Part shown: piece after piece, positions 16,366-23,734 of the stretch | Position numbering within the stretch: the stretch's first letter is position 1 | Layout: every line of letters starts with the position of its first letter | IMG/VR virus record: IMGVR_UViG_3300012346_000166 | Coordinates: 1-35,554 of that record | DNA length: 35,554 nt | Direction: 5' to 3' (one strand) | Origin: a virus | Notes under the pieces: generated by a model | The model's database searches: none | Seen by the model: only the letters and a program-made list of their open reading frames with translations | What the model was told of the DNA's origin: nothing | Translations under genes and position numbers: made by a program

Positions 16366-16601
16366 TTCGATTGTTTTAAAATTTCTTCTAGTTGTTGGAG
16401 GGTGATTTGTTCTCTATCTGCAAACAATCCTGTCCACCAATTACCATACTTATCTATTTTTAATCTGCATTTTACATGGAAAATAAACAAATCAATGTCA
16501 TTAATTATTTTTTCACCATACTTCTAAAGCATCTCTCTTGCTTCCTCTAGTTGCTCTTCATTCTCAATAAACACGCAAACGTTTTCTTTTGTTAGTTTCA
16601 T
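16362..16601 (-). pseudogene. 80-codon frame interrupted by one in-frame TAG (16526..16524): nonsense pseudogene, readthrough or recoding
   Basis: All 80 codons were read. ATGA overlaps at both ends. There is no Met codon downstream of the TAG. Confidence 0.45.
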
Positions 16602-16840
16602 TGTCTTTGTTTTTTAAATTGTTCAAACCATTCTTTTGCATCATGCCTATGACTACTTGCGTATATGTGAAATGCTTTGTCTATTATGATAAAAACTTCT
16701 TCATCACTATAACTTATTTTAGCTTGCCATTTAGCACCTTCTTTAAAATCAACATAAGCGCATTCATCAAAACTAATTGGCTCAGTAGAATTATTAGTAG
16801 CATATTTTCTAGATGCTTCTTCAAGTGTTTCTTTGGTCAT
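16598..16840 (-). CDS. Hypothetical protein
   Basis: 80-aa ORF, ATGA-coupled. Confidence 0.6.
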   Translation of the reverse strand: MTKETLEEASRKYATNNSTEPISFDECAYVDFKEGAKWQAKISYSDEEVFIIIDKAFHIYASSHRHDAKEWFEQFKKQRQ

Positions 16841-17001
16841 TGAATCGCTTTTATCTGTTTAAAAATATGTTCTGCTTTTTCGTTAAATGTCATTCCTTCA
16901 CCTTCATTAACTGTTGATTGAATTTTAATTTTAGGAATGTAAACGTTTTCTTTAGTTTGTGGCTTAGTGTCTTTGTTTAGCCATTTAGTTATTGCTTTCA
17001 T
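16837..17001 (-). CDS. Small hypothetical protein (54 aa)
   Basis: Below the track cutoff; ATGA overlaps at 17001..16998 and 16840..16837; codons read. Confidence 0.5.
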   Translation of the reverse strand: MKAITKWLNKDTKPQTKENVYIPKIKIQSTVNEGEGMTFNEKAEHIFKQIKAIQ

Positions 17002-17297
17002 ATCTCAGTCGCTTTTTTGATTAGTTCGATAGCCATTTCTTCACCAGTAATAGACAACATATTTTCTTTAACAAAATACTGTAACATCTCCAACATCTCA
17101 GGCGCACATGAAATAAGTTGTGCGTTGGCTTGTGTAACTTTTTTCCAATCTGCTCCGCTTGTTATTGTGTAAACTTTACAGAAGTTACTCCAATCATTAC
17201 CACTTAACCTACAGTGACCTTTTTTAGTTACCTCATAAGACCACTTCCCTTTTGTTCCTTTAAATTCCATAACCTCAAATCTTTTCAATAGCTTCAA
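16998..17297 (-). CDS. Hypothetical protein with an ANAQLISCAPEMLEML motif (recurrent phage family of unknown function)
   Basis: 99-aa ORF; alternative start at 17270 (MEFKG). Confidence 0.6.
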   Translation of the reverse strand: MKLLKRFEVMEFKGTKGKWSYEVTKKGHCRLSGNDWSNFCKVYTITSGADWKKVTQANAQLISCAPEMLEMLQYFVKENMLSITGEEMAIELIKKATEI

Positions 17298-17646
17298 TAA
17301 GCTGTTTTGTGAATAACTCTTTTTGTCTAATTGTAGCTTCTAGGCTTTCTTGCACTTTGTCGAAATCTTTAGGCTCGTATGGAAATACAAAACCTTCATC
17401 ATTTAAACTTTTCATTGTAGTTAATTTGTTTTCAAGTGCTTCAATTCCATCCGTGCAATCTTCAATCTGTTTTACCAAATAACTACACGAATCAATTAGC
17501 GGTTTAACTTCTTTGAATATAAACGGCTTTTCACTTAGTTTAACGCATTCCTCAACTACGAATTTACCTAGAATGCTTTTAGTCATTTGTTCGTTATCAT
17601 TTGCCATATCTGCAATTGTTCGAACGATTTGTTTTGATGTTGTCAT
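17275..17646 (-). CDS. Hypothetical protein
   Basis: I prefer the ATG at 17646 (MTTSKQ), 10 nt after the upstream stop, over the track start at 17736, which overlaps the upstream gene by 80 nt. Confidence 0.55.
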   Translation of the reverse strand: MTTSKQIVRTIADMANDNEQMTKSILGKFVVEECVKLSEKPFIFKEVKPLIDSCSYLVKQIEDCTDGIEALENKLTTMKSLNDEGFVFPYEPKDFDKVQESLEATIRQKELFTKQLIEAIEKI

Positions 17647-17656
17647 GATTATAAAA

Positions 17657-17854
17657 TTAAAGTGAATTATATTTTTCAGTAGCTTCAAATGGTTGCATAG
17701 TTTCAAGTACTCTTTCGTAGTTATGCCAAACCTCATAACTACCTCTTAAAGTACAATAAAGTTGTTTGTTTGCTACCGTAGAGCTTGCAAATAGTTTTTT
17801 AGATGCACTTTGAAATTCTATTAATGCTTCTAAATCAATTGTGTGTTTTTTCAT
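17657..17854 (-). CDS. Hypothetical protein, first gene after the predicted promoter at 17898..17891
   Basis: 65-aa ORF. Confidence 0.55.
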   Translation of the reverse strand: MKKHTIDLEALIEFQSASKKLFASSTVANKQLYCTLRGSYEVWHNYERVLETMQPFEATEKYNSL

Positions 17855-17890
17855 AACTTTTATTTTTTGTTTACTGCCTTATTGACCTCA

Positions 17891-17898
17891 CAAAGATA
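17891..17898 (-). promoter_or_regulatory. -7 box TATCTTTG with TTG about 18 nt upstream
   Basis: Plus strand caaagata in the 216-nt gap, about 36 nt before the ATG at 17854. Confidence 0.45.
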
Positions 17899-17954
17899 CG
17901 AACGTATTTTATATAAACAAGTTTCTGAACATTTTTTTTCACAATTATTTGCAC

Positions 17955-17997
17955 AACTAAGTAAAACTACGTAGAAAGAACTAAGTATTTATACGTA
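17955..17997. repeat. Two 19-nt direct repeats, AACTAAGTAaaAcTACGTA and AACTAAGTAttTaTACGTA, with a 24-nt period
   Basis: Read directly. Each unit ends in the palindrome TACGTA. They lie between a terminator and a promoter. Confidence 0.7.
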
Positions 17998-18028
17998 AAA
18001 AAGCCACTAACAAATCAATGTAGTGGCT
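17995..18028 (-). terminator. Intrinsic terminator (AGCCACUA/UAGUGGCU stem, 11-nt loop, U-run)
   Basis: 8-bp stem 18028..18021 with 18009..18002, followed by U6 on the minus strand. Confidence 0.7.
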
Positions 18029-18070
18029 GAAAATCTGCTCGTATTAGGGGTAGATTTGTGTGCTAATATA

Positions 18071-19138
18071 CTAAAAAATGTATTCGTTTAACGATTTTCT
18101 ACCTTCAAAATAATTATAATGTATAAATCCGCTTTTACCCTTTTGAAAATTAGTAGCAACCCAGTTAGAAGATGGACTAAATGCAGGATAATTTAAGTAA
18201 CTGAATAAGTCAGAAGTTGAATTATCAAACAAATATTGGTGTGAATCTCCTTTTTCGAATATAATCTCATATCCTTTATTTAATAAATCGTTTGCGTTTA
18301 AATAACCGATTATCTTTTTTTCTTGGTTAGCATCTAATTTCGGTTTAAACCCGAACTTCATATTGTGAGTATCTTTTCCGTGAGTAGTTACAAAACATCT
18401 TTTGCCTATAATCTCATAGTCAATAAATTTCTTTTGTATAATTATATCAACATTATCATAAGCAATTCCACAATAAGTTTTAATAGCTGAAGCAAGAAAA
18501 TAAGACATATCTCCTGAATGGTTATCGTTTGTAATTATTCTTATTTTAACCTTTCTGTAATTGGTAGCCATGCAATGTACTAATGTCAAATAAAATTCCA
18601 TTCCTAAATCGAAACATTCTTGGTTAGACATATTTTGAGGCAATCCATGACCGCCCCTTGTGGTTTGTCCATCTTGACCATCAAAGAAATCTCCTAAATC
18701 TAATATCTCTAATACATCACTTTTACGGTTATCCAAAGTGAATTGGATCATTGTGTTTAAACGTTCTAAAACTATCTCTTTATTCCACTTTAAATCATAT
18801 AATGACCTACCTTTATCGCTTGCATCCATTCCATTATGTACATCTGTAAAAACAAGTTTATCAAATAAACATAAAGGAGTAATGTAGTTTGGTGTATATT
18901 CTAATTTTTTTACCTTACTAAAAATCTTTGTGAAATCTACTTTATCAATTACTTGTTCAACCTCAGTTTTAAAATTCGGATTTTTAAAGAACAAAGAAGC
19001 ATCTTTAGATTTTAGCCACCCATGTTTTACGTCTTTATCATTTACACCAATTTCATCTGATGCGTTTTTAATTGCTCTATATTGGTTTAGTACTTCAATT
19101 TCATCTTGTTTTAATCGGAAGCGGTTGTTTTTCTTCAT
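18071..19138 (-). CDS. Calcineurin-like metallophosphoesterase
   Basis: FTDVHNG (DxH), LGDFFDG (GDxxD), NDNHSG (GNH-like), THGKD, GDSH; ends in TAG. Confidence 0.65.
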   Translation of the reverse strand: MKKNNRFRLKQDEIEVLNQYRAIKNASDEIGVNDKDVKHGWLKSKDASLFFKNPNFKTEVEQVIDKVDFTKIFSKVKKLEYTPNYITPLCLFDKLVFTDVHNGMDASDKGRSLYDLKWNKEIVLERLNTMIQFTLDNRKSDVLEILDLGDFFDGQDGQTTRGGHGLPQNMSNQECFDLGMEFYLTLVHCMATNYRKVKIRIITNDNHSGDMSYFLASAIKTYCGIAYDNVDIIIQKKFIDYEIIGKRCFVTTHGKDTHNMKFGFKPKLDANQEKKIIGYLNANDLLNKGYEIIFEKGDSHQYLFDNSTSDLFSYLNYPAFSPSSNWVATNFQKGKSGFIHYNYFEGRKSLNEYIF

Positions 19139-19156
19139 GGTTTCAATTTAGTTAAA

Positions 19157-19182
19157 TAAAAAAAGCCTACTTATGCAGGCTT
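19157..19182 (-). terminator. Intrinsic terminator overlapping the endolysin stop (AAGCCU/AGGCUU stem plus U7)
   Basis: 6-bp stem 19182..19177 with 19168..19163, 8-nt loop, then UUUUUUU. Confidence 0.65.
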
Positions 19183-19740
19183 GAAAGTTTTTTCATAATC
19201 GGCAAGTCTATTTAACCAACCTTTTCTGAATTTAGCGTTTTTAGTTCCAGCTTCAGATATTGCTAAAAAGAATTGCTTTCTTAATCGTATCAATTCATTG
19301 AATAGTTTTAGGTCATTTATAGCATTTGCACCTGCTACTGTTTTCATTCCGATTTTACCATCAACAGTTACATTACCGCCACAATTGTTAATAGCTTGTT
19401 GTAGTGTAATTCCTGCACGTGAAGCACCCGAACCCCAAGCCATACCTGTTACTACTACTGCAATGCTAAAACACTTGTAGTCGTCTCCTTTTACGCTATC
19501 CCAATAAAGCGATTTGAATACTTTAAACCAATCTTCATTATTCATTGCAAAGAATCGAGAATCGTTGTTTTTACCGAATACTGAAACCCAAACTTTATAG
19601 GTAATTCCAATATTTGTATGATAACCGCTTTTACCTTGATACGGTGTTGGGCATGGATAAGAACTTGCTGAATCGTTTGTGTCTCTAGAAAGTCCACCTT
19701 CCCAACGCTTCGTAAAATTAATGTATGTTTCTAAATTCAT
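19171..19740 (-). CDS. Endolysin: GH108-like N-terminal domain plus PG_binding_3-like C-terminal domain
   Basis: FTKRWEGGLSRDTND, VDGKIGMKTVAGANAI, KFRKGWLNRL. Confidence 0.8.
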   Translation of the reverse strand: MNLETYINFTKRWEGGLSRDTNDSASSYPCPTPYQGKSGYHTNIGITYKVWVSVFGKNNDSRFFAMNNEDWFKVFKSLYWDSVKGDDYKCFSIAVVVTGMAWGSGASRAGITLQQAINNCGGNVTVDGKIGMKTVAGANAINDLKLFNELIRLRKQFFLAISEAGTKNAKFRKGWLNRLADYEKTFKPA

Positions 19741-19763
19741 CTGTTATGTCTTTAAGTTTAATA

Positions 19764-20075
19764 TTATTCAGCTATATAAATTTTTGTAGGTCTTTTAAAT
19801 TCAAGGTAATTAGAAGCGTCAACATTCCAATCTTCCACATCATCCGTATTTGGTTTTGATTCACATTTAACGGCATAGTGAATTTGACACCCAGCAACAA
19901 TTACATACTTTTCTTCGCTTCCAATTTTAGCAAACCAATTCGTACTTCTTGCATTTGTTTTTATTCCTAAAATTGAATCGTTTACAATTTCAATATTACC
20001 CCATACTGAGTTATAACTTTTGCCATCAGGAGCGATAAACCAAGCGTCAGTTGTTATTAAATATTTTCCTTCCAT
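19764..20075 (-). CDS. Hypothetical protein inside the lysis cassette
   Basis: 103-aa ORF. Confidence 0.6.
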   Translation of the reverse strand: MEGKYLITTDAWFIAPDGKSYNSVWGNIEIVNDSILGIKTNARSTNWFAKIGSEEKYVIVAGCQIHYAVKCESKPNTDDVEDWNVDASNYLEFKRPTKIYIAE

Positions 20076-20079
20076 ATTA

Positions 20080-20556
20080 TCACTTTTTAATTATATAAAA
20101 TAAACTTGCTATAACTCCACGAAGATAAGCACCTAAAACGAAAGCAACAACTAACAGTAAATAGTGATACCATTTAAACGCTTTACTATCTTGTTTATTC
20201 GTTTGCTTAACATACTTAATCTTGTATTTCGTTTGCCATTTAATTTTAGCCTTTTCTACTTTTGTTTTGTAACGATATTCAATTCTAGTTTGCCAACGTG
20301 TTTTAGGTAATTCAATTTCAGGACAAATACATTCTACATTTCGGTAAACTATTGAATCTTTACCATCAATTCCTTTGATTGTATCGGTTATAATTACAGT
20401 ATCACGTTTGTATTCAATCTTACCACCATGCTTAATAAACTTATTATAGCCTTTTTGCGCTTGTTTAGCATCGCTACACGAAGCAAATGATAGTAGAACT
20501 ACAATTGATAGTGTAGATACTATTAGGATTGTTAGGAGTTGGTATATTCTTGACAT
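20080..20556 (-). CDS. Unimolecular spanin candidate (N-terminal lipoprotein signal plus C-terminal TM helix)
   Basis: Lipobox LSFASC after a hydrophobic signal. C-terminal WYHYLLLVVAFVLGAYLRGVIASLFYII. Lies between holin and endolysin. Confidence 0.5.
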   Translation of the reverse strand: MSRIYQLLTILIVSTLSIVVLLSFASCSDAKQAQKGYNKFIKHGGKIEYKRDTVIITDTIKGIDGKDSIVYRNVECICPEIELPKTRWQTRIEYRYKTKVEKAKIKWQTKYKIKYVKQTNKQDSKAFKWYHYLLLVVAFVLGAYLRGVIASLFYIIKK

Positions 20557-20575
20557 AATCTATTTTTCGTTTAGG

Positions 20576-20583
20576 CAAATATA
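20576..20583 (-). promoter_or_regulatory. -7 box TATATTTG (TTTATATTTGC) upstream of the spanin candidate
   Basis: Plus strand caaatata, 19 nt before the ATG at 20556. Confidence 0.4.
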
Positions 20584-20586
20584 AAC

Positions 20587-20808
20587 TTATTTTTCAATTT
20601 TCTTGCTAAATGAATCTGTTATTTTAGAACCAAGTGCAACACCTACTAAAACACACCATACATCGAATCTAAGGCCGTTAAATGCAAAATCAATGGTAGA
20701 CATTACTAAACTTACAAACCATGCAGAAAACATCGTTAAACTAGTTCTGCTAAACTTACCCTCTTTTTTGAGTGTATCGTTAATTATTTGAATTATAATA
20801 TTTTTCAT
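20587..20808 (-). CDS. Holin candidate (two TM segments, 73 aa)
   Basis: I prefer the start MKNIII at 20808. The track start at 20835 lies inside the terminator hairpin. Confidence 0.55.
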   Translation of the reverse strand: MKNIIIQIINDTLKKEGKFSRTSLTMFSAWFVSLVMSTIDFAFNGLRFDVWCVLVGVALGSKITDSFSKKIEK

Positions 20809-20823
20809 TAAACAAACATAATT

Positions 20824-20853
20824 AAAAAACCCCACTTACAAAAATAAATGGGG
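20824..20853 (-). terminator. Intrinsic terminator (CCCCA/UGGGG stem plus U6) separating virion genes from the lysis cassette
   Basis: 5-bp stem 20853..20849 with 20834..20830, 14-nt loop, U6. Confidence 0.5.
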
Positions 20854-20972
20854 CTTAACAACCTAAACGATTTGACTAATGAACGGTTAAATGTAATAAT
20901 TTTAAATAATATACTATACATTTTGCAGTTTTTTATATGCTTTTGAATATAATATTATTCATTTCGTTAATT

Positions 20973-21215
20973 TTATACGTTATTACATATACCTTTTTCA
21001 ATCTTACCCACAGGATTGCTAGGTAGTATTGCCAAAAATTCGGGAATTAGTAGCACATTTTCAGTAGTTCCAACGCTTACGTGTTTTGTCATATAGCAAT
21101 CGAACAATTTACCCTCAACAATTGTAAGGCGGTTATTCGTAATAAACAACCAAACGACTAACACCCCCGTAATTCCGTAGTCTTTTATAGCTTTTAATGT
21201 GGTTTCTAGACTCAT
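20973..21215 (-). CDS. Small membrane protein (one TM; possible second holin/antiholin)
   Basis: 80 aa; ITGVLVVWLFI segment. Confidence 0.45.
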   Translation of the reverse strand: MSLETTLKAIKDYGITGVLVVWLFITNNRLTIVEGKLFDCYMTKHVSVGTTENVLLIPEFLAILPSNPVGKIEKGICNNV

Positions 21216-21227
21216 AACTAATATCTA

Positions 21228-21404
21228 TTACGCAATGTTTTTAGGTTTTACGCCCAAATGTTCAAACTTAGTAGTAATGTCAACAGTAGTTTCAAATTCG
21301 ATAATCTCATCAACTGTTGAAGATAATTCCAATGCCATTTCTCCTGCACTTTCTGTCGTGTTGTTTTCATCTAAAACTTGGTAACGTAATATTAATTTTT
21401 TCAT
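21228..21404 (-). CDS. Small acidic hypothetical protein (58 aa)
   Basis: I prefer the ATG at 21404 (ATGA overlap with the upstream stop) over the track start at 21440. Confidence 0.5.
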   Translation of the reverse strand: MKKLILRYQVLDENNTTESAGEMALELSSTVDEIIEFETTVDITTKFEHLGVKPKNIA

Positions 21405-21622
21405 TTTATTTGATATTTGATTAATTCTGTATTTGCCCATTCTAAGACTTCGCTATCTTCCCAAGTAGAAAAATAAGTGAAGCCATTTAATGTAACGCCA
21501 AATTTAGCATTAATTATTAAATCAACACTAGCCGTTTTAGCTTTAATGTTATCATTTACATTTTGTATTTCAACGCTTTCAATGTCTATTGTAGCGGAAA
21601 AGTTTTCTAGTTTTATTTTCAT
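21401..21622 (-). CDS. Small hypothetical protein
   Basis: 73-aa ORF after the fibre gene. Confidence 0.55.
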   Translation of the reverse strand: MKIKLENFSATIDIESVEIQNVNDNIKAKTASVDLIINAKFGVTLNGFTYFSTWEDSEVLEWANTELIKYQIK

Positions 21623-21623
21623 A

Positions 21624-23225
21624 TTAAGATAATGTTGTTCCTGTTACTGTGAATGTACGGCATCTAAAAGAAAAAGATGTACTTGTTTTACCTCTCGCAT
21701 CTATTCTGTGGTCGCTCCAAGAAACAATTGCAGAAGATGTTGATGAAGCGTAACTTGTAGATGTCCATACAACTGATAAACTTGTTATACTAAAGGGTGA
21801 ATAATTCCATGAAGTAGAAGCGCCATAATTTAAAATAGAAAATGCTTCACCAACATTTGGAATGCGCCATGTATTAAAGCCACCTACACTTAAAGCTGTT
21901 GCATTTGTTAAAGCATTAGTCCATGTTTCAAGAGGAAAAGCACCTTTATACCATCCTAAAACAGTCGATCCATCGTATGTACTCCAATCAATTACAATTC
22001 CGTTTGTATATGTTTGCGTTCCTACTTCGCTTGTAAATCTATTTGTATTTCCGAATGGATTGTTAGCGTTTAAAGTAGTGAAATTTACAAGCCTACCTAT
22101 TTCTAAATCTCCGTCGTCATTTGTTGCGTAACTTGTAGTTTGTCCTGTTTTCATAAGTTTAGCACCTACGGGAATTGTAGCACTAGCAGGTAATACAATA
22201 TCAACCTTATTCAATCCTGCGTTTGGTGTTACAGAAGTTGGTGTTACAGTCGAAGTGCCATCTGTTAATACAATGTTTAACGGTGCAGTTGCATCAATTG
22301 TAAAGTCATTTGTACCGTTTACTGTTATAGCGTTGTCTGCTACTGAATAGTTCGCAGTAGTTCCGCTTGGTATGTTTTGACTATTTATTAAACCGCCGCC
22401 TGTTTTGTTTATGTTTATAGTTGCATCAGGTGCTGAAATGTCAATATCTTTAACGCTAGGATATGCACCTGTATTTACTGTTGTTGCTAAACTGTTTTTT
22501 ACGTTTACATTCATGTCGGGTAATGTCAAACTACCTTCCGCAACAATGTTAGCTGAGTATGTAGCGTCTGAGTTTGATACTGTGGAGTTTTGAATAGTTA
22601 CGTCTAAATTTGCTGTAACATTGCCACTATACAAAGTAGTTAACGCTGTGTTTTTAATCGTATAAGTAAAGGCATCAGTAGTATAAGAATATACACCACC
22701 GCTTTCTACTGTATCAACTAATACACCGTTACGATAAATCTGTACAGGCAAACAACTTGAACCGATTACTTGGTCGAAATCGTAACCGCTCATAGGTAAA
22801 TCACAAATAGAGTTTGAATCTCTAAGCATGAAATTTACTGTCATTATATGACCTGCACAAATATCTGCTTGACTTTCGATAAACTTAGTAACACTACATG
22901 ATTCAACACGCCCCAATAATTGCCAACGTTTTGATTTATTCATAATATTGAATATGTGTCTACAATATTGCAATGTATCACTTTCAACATCATTCAAATT
23001 TGAATAGTCTGTATAAATTTTATCAGCTAAAACAATAGTAATCGGTATTGATGTTTGATTATCTAAGATTGAAGCACTTGGATAGTAAGAAGCCATTAAA
23101 GGATAATTAATAGTTTCTTCGTTTACTGCACGTGCAAAGTCACCCCAAAAGAATGTATGTAACATCAAGTGAGAACTTTGAATATCCGCTAATTCTAGCC
23201 TAAGTTGGTTAACGCTTAACTTCAT
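21624..23225 (-). CDS. Tail fibre / receptor-binding protein with a DUF1566 (Lcl C-terminal, lectin-like) domain
   Basis: KTGQTTSY..DDGDLEIGR...RFT...VIDWST...GGFNTWRIPNVGEAFSIL...WTSTS...RCRTF. Confidence 0.65.
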   Translation of the reverse strand: MKLSVNQLRLELADIQSSHLMLHTFFWGDFARAVNEETINYPLMASYYPSASILDNQTSIPITIVLADKIYTDYSNLNDVESDTLQYCRHIFNIMNKSKRWQLLGRVESCSVTKFIESQADICAGHIMTVNFMLRDSNSICDLPMSGYDFDQVIGSSCLPVQIYRNGVLVDTVESGGVYSYTTDAFTYTIKNTALTTLYSGNVTANLDVTIQNSTVSNSDATYSANIVAEGSLTLPDMNVNVKNSLATTVNTGAYPSVKDIDISAPDATININKTGGGLINSQNIPSGTTANYSVADNAITVNGTNDFTIDATAPLNIVLTDGTSTVTPTSVTPNAGLNKVDIVLPASATIPVGAKLMKTGQTTSYATNDDGDLEIGRLVNFTTLNANNPFGNTNRFTSEVGTQTYTNGIVIDWSTYDGSTVLGWYKGAFPLETWTNALTNATALSVGGFNTWRIPNVGEAFSILNYGASTSWNYSPFSITSLSVVWTSTSYASSTSSAIVSWSDHRIDARGKTSTSFSFRCRTFTVTGTTLS

Positions 23226-23728
23226 ATAAATCGAATGTTTGTTTTCGTTCTACCTTTGTCGGGTGCAATATTTTCAAATGAACATACCCAATTATAATAC
23301 TCAGGATATAACGTTTCATTATCTTTCAAGAATCCAATTAACGCTAATCTGTAAGGTTCAAAATCTTTGCGGTATTCATTGCGTAATTCAGTAGCTTCAG
23401 AAGTTCCAGCGTTCGTCATTATTTCATCACGATTTGCACCAACTGTTTTATTTCGTGTCTTGTAAATATTTGGATAGATAATCTTATAATCACAAGCTGA
23501 AGCAATGCAAGGTGCGATATAATCATTCAATAAAGTTTGTTCATCTGAATTTAGATCGTTTGCAGTAATACCTGCTAAAAGTCTTTTGTATAAACTTGTA
23601 CCAATAATAGGTTGAATAATATTATCTTGAACTCTTTGAATTGTAATCTTCAAAATACTATCTTCTACATTCTTATCAATGTAGCTGATATCTTTAACCT
23701 TTGTTGTTGTTATTAAATTTGCGTTCAT
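23222..23728 (-). CDS. Head-tail connector/adaptor-like protein
   Basis: 168 aa, helical, gp6-like pattern seen by eye. Weak assignment. Confidence 0.35.
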   Translation of the reverse strand: MNANLITTTKVKDISYIDKNVEDSILKITIQRVQDNIIQPIIGTSLYKRLLAGITANDLNSDEQTLLNDYIAPCIASACDYKIIYPNIYKTRNKTVGANRDEIMTNAGTSEATELRNEYRKDFEPYRLALIGFLKDNETLYPEYYNWVCSFENIAPDKGRTKTNIRFI

Positions 23729-23734
23729 GGTTTA

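Noticed and set aside
20809-20835. Track start codon at 20835 (MGFFNYVCLM...) for the holin candidate
   Set aside because: This ATG and the following GGGGUUUUUU are the 3' arm and U-run of the terminator hairpin at 20853..20824. The Met at 20808 gives a typical two-TM holin.
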